A stretch of 64,000 bases of DNA from Mantamonas sphyraenae STR306. Its lineage: Eukaryota > Protista > CRuMs. Position 1 is the first letter of the stretch, and every line of letters starts with the position of its first letter. Below, in pieces: positions 62,901 to 64,000 of the stretch. The position numbers were made by a program, and so were the translations under genes. A model generated the notes under the pieces. It searched no databases, was not told the DNA's origin, and was given only the letters and a program-made list of their open reading frames with translations. The stretch is from contig JAPMXV010000053.1 of assembly GCA_026936335.1 (NCBI GenBank), forward strand, positions 378,058 through 442,057, in the 5' to 3' direction.

Positions 62901-63545
62901 CGTGGTGGGTTGAGCAGGCGGAGGGTGCAACGGAGGCTGAGCGAAGTGCATCTGGGCGGTTTGTCGCGGCGGAGGAGGCGGCGGAGGAGGGTAGGCGTAG
63001 TATGGGTGGCCCTGGTGAGCATATGCGTGGTGCTGCTGGGGATGGGTGTTGACAGGGACCCAGATGATGGGTGGTTGTGGGTGCTGGTACGGGTTTTGTA
63101 CGCCTTGGACGGGCAGCATGTTCGGAAACGGCTGGGCAGCCATGGGAGGGACCATGTACGCGTAGCTGTGGGGGGAGACGGGGACGGGGTGGGGAGGGAC
63201 CGGTGAGTGGAAGGCGGGATGGACGCCGTCAGGGAAGAAGCGGGGTGAAGGGAGGCTGGAACGAGCAGAGAGGGGAAAACGGAGGAGATTGGCTGACGGG
63301 GAAACTGGCAACGGGGAGGGCAGTGACAGGGGAGAGGGGATCGGAGAAGAGCGGAGAAGGCAGCGACGGTGATGATGGGGAAGTGGAGATGCAGGGAAGG
63401 AGGGCAGGGAAGCGACGGAGGCATGGAGGAGGCATGGAAGCGGGAGCAGCGGGCAGTCAGAAAACGGAGTGAAATGCAGAACGCACGCTGGGTAGTTGTT
63501 GGGTGTGTGTTGATGCTTCGGAGTGCTTGAGTAGTCCTTGTCCAT
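59964..63545 (-). CDS. Subtelomeric orphan protein: Pro/Gln-rich and acidic N-terminus, then two ~376-aa tandem domains; probable in-frame intron 63486-63166
   Basis: Long ORF. The GTGCGT..CACAG 321-nt pyrimidine-rich segment looks intronic. Duplicated LPDGVV.SGW..HWTQCDYDHHL..TALVNA units; basic end SSKRQRLE. Confidence 0.72.
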   Translation of the reverse strand: MDKDYSSTPKHQHTPNNYPACVLHFTPFSDCPLLPLPCLLHASVASLPSFPASPLPHHHRRCLLRSSPIPSPLSLPSPLPVSPSANLLRFPLSARSSLPSPRFFPDGVHPAFHSPVPPHPVPVSPHSYAYMVPPMAAQPFPNMLPVQGVQNPYQHPQPPIIWVPVNTHPQQHHAYAHQGHPYYAYPPPPPPPPRQTAQMHFAQPPLHPPPAQPTTNHNRVPKRISPAFVGITRTTSTTTSSSSSHQATRQTGDSDDDDADQDTHTHDTGDVEDLMFLNFGHREPRSPSSNTEWMTSSWMEAYEEDGEANDATQQHVDDELETQGALSFADTDDDMDEEYMPQDDSDDDGDDMEQEDTDEWQPRHTSGSRTQQRSGHISRRAGPQKLKGNGQSRLRVTAGSGTETGTSSTRARRAKNGNNGARKKAGDDKTNKLPDGVVSKGWSRDWRSDERSHSNKKEHTALLKHIHTLANEHPIDDSPELMTLQARVVVCHGTTTTLVRQILLAVGNIPLSQGDMALCLTLFGRNMDQHACSNAIHDAGLAMGVTKAGLKVCWLEEPHDHGDPNCALLHMIMTEMDTRGDRPHPTTWKEHKQTQLWLQEERRPADNDSDQHWTQCDYDHHLTTTKVDKWHPESVRSGWNDGRLSDERGSCTAREFQSLMAHMKARAAKYPRPQHTHENQALRELINNGSNQSLVRHIILALGNVGVPPVDLAFFVRLLRPRLTSLQVQGAISNTLTRGVTSLSLKIAWLDKSKPSDATLHTLLHTLIDRITPHITTRATTTALVNALDIPELVLPEPTEEEKMAVEDELPDGVVRSGWTSWRKSERSRSNKKEHTALLNHMHTLANEHPIDDIPDLITLQARVVVCHGTLRTLVRQIQLALGNIPLSQGDMALFLTLLGRDMDQQPCCAAIAHAGLAMGVTKAGLKVCWLEEPHDHGDPNYALLHLLVTEMDTLGDRSHPTTWKEHEQTQLWLQKARRPADNDSDPHWTQCDYDHHLTTTKVDKWHPESVRSGWSRGIPSDERGSCTAREFQTLLAHMKARAAKHPRYQHTHDHNALLELINNGNLMSLLRHIILALGNVGVPPVDLAFFVRLLRPHLTCKQVRDAIGLTLTRGVTSLSLKIAWLDKPQPSDATLHTLLHTLIDRIAPHITTRPTTTALVNAYPIPSFTLPKRKDLSSSTSSTSSSKRQRLE
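60047..62250. repeat. Internal tandem duplication, period ~1128-1131 bp (units ~60047-61119 and ~61175-62250)
   Basis: Matching anchors, e.g. gttggggtcgccgtggtcgtgtgg at 60723 and 61851, and cacaacgccatctggc at 61101 and 62232. Confidence 0.93.
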
Positions 63546-63823
63546 GATGGTGGTGGTGGCGGTACTGGAGTGTATGCGGATTGTGTTGGACTGGTGGAGG
63601 GTGTTGTGGGTGTTGGTATACTTTTGTTGAAGGCGGATGGGCAGTGCTGACTGCGCGGCGTTGCAGGGCGACGGGCACTCACCAGCCACATTCCCACTCC
63701 CACCCATTGCCCACTGCCCCATGTCACCACCGAACTCAGCCACCCCGCCAGCAGACACAAGCACAACTCACATGACATAGACCGGTCTCATCCACATCAA
63801 TACGACTCGGGTTCGGGTACAAC

Positions 63824-64000
63824 TTAGGGTTAGGGTTAGGGTTAGGGTTAGGGTTAGGGTTAGGGTTAGGGTTAGGGTTAGGGTTAGGGTTAGGGTTAGG
63901 GTTAGGGTTAGGGTTAGGGTTAGGGTTAGGGTTAGGGTTAGGGTTAGGGTTAGGGTTAGGGTTAGGGTTAGGGTTAGGGTTAGGGTTAGGGTTAGGGTTT
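63824..64000 (+). repeat. Telomeric repeat (TTAGGG)n, ~29 copies, with the G-strand oriented to the chromosome end
   Basis: Perfect TTAGGG array up to the window end, preceded by variant TCGGG-TTCGGG at 63807-63817. Confidence 0.98.

Noticed and set aside
59100-63800. Telomeric retrotransposon or DNA transposon
   Set aside because: No RT, endonuclease, transposase, terminal repeats or poly(A) tail visible.

Overview
Terminal 64 kb of a very gene-dense, GC-rich eukaryotic (protist-like) chromosome arm, ending in a (TTAGGG)n telomere at 63824-64000. Genes have short GT-AG introns and tiny intergenic spacers. I reconstructed 18 protein-coding genes by hand: 5'-truncated UBR4/BIG, a spliced bacterial-type class II UvrA (UvrA2/DrrC-like), an SDR, a PAP2 phosphatase, COX6B, WDR44, TMEM258, a 4-exon 69-aa beta-prefoldin/ASDURF-like microprotein, a CaMK1-like kinase, TMEM209, OST4, an unknown helical protein, an ALO/GULO-family FAD oxidase with an extra domain, GSAP, a TLC-domain protein, a LisH-CTLH-WD40 protein, a ZFP36-like tandem CCCH protein and a ~7,000-aa mosaic surface receptor. 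There is also a telomere-adjacent orphan gene with an internal ~1.13 kb duplication. Most notable: (1) a near-perfect histone H3 tail (T6-A25, 19/20 identical) inside UBR4; (2) a domesticated UvrA2 with an intron and an NLS-like/acidic tail directly downstream; (3) the giant receptor; (4) an ATGA stop/start overlap onto OST4 and 39-57 bp tandem gene spacing. Six frameshifts are each repairable by adding one base and are probably sequencing deletions. All family assignments come from recalled motifs, not from database searches.
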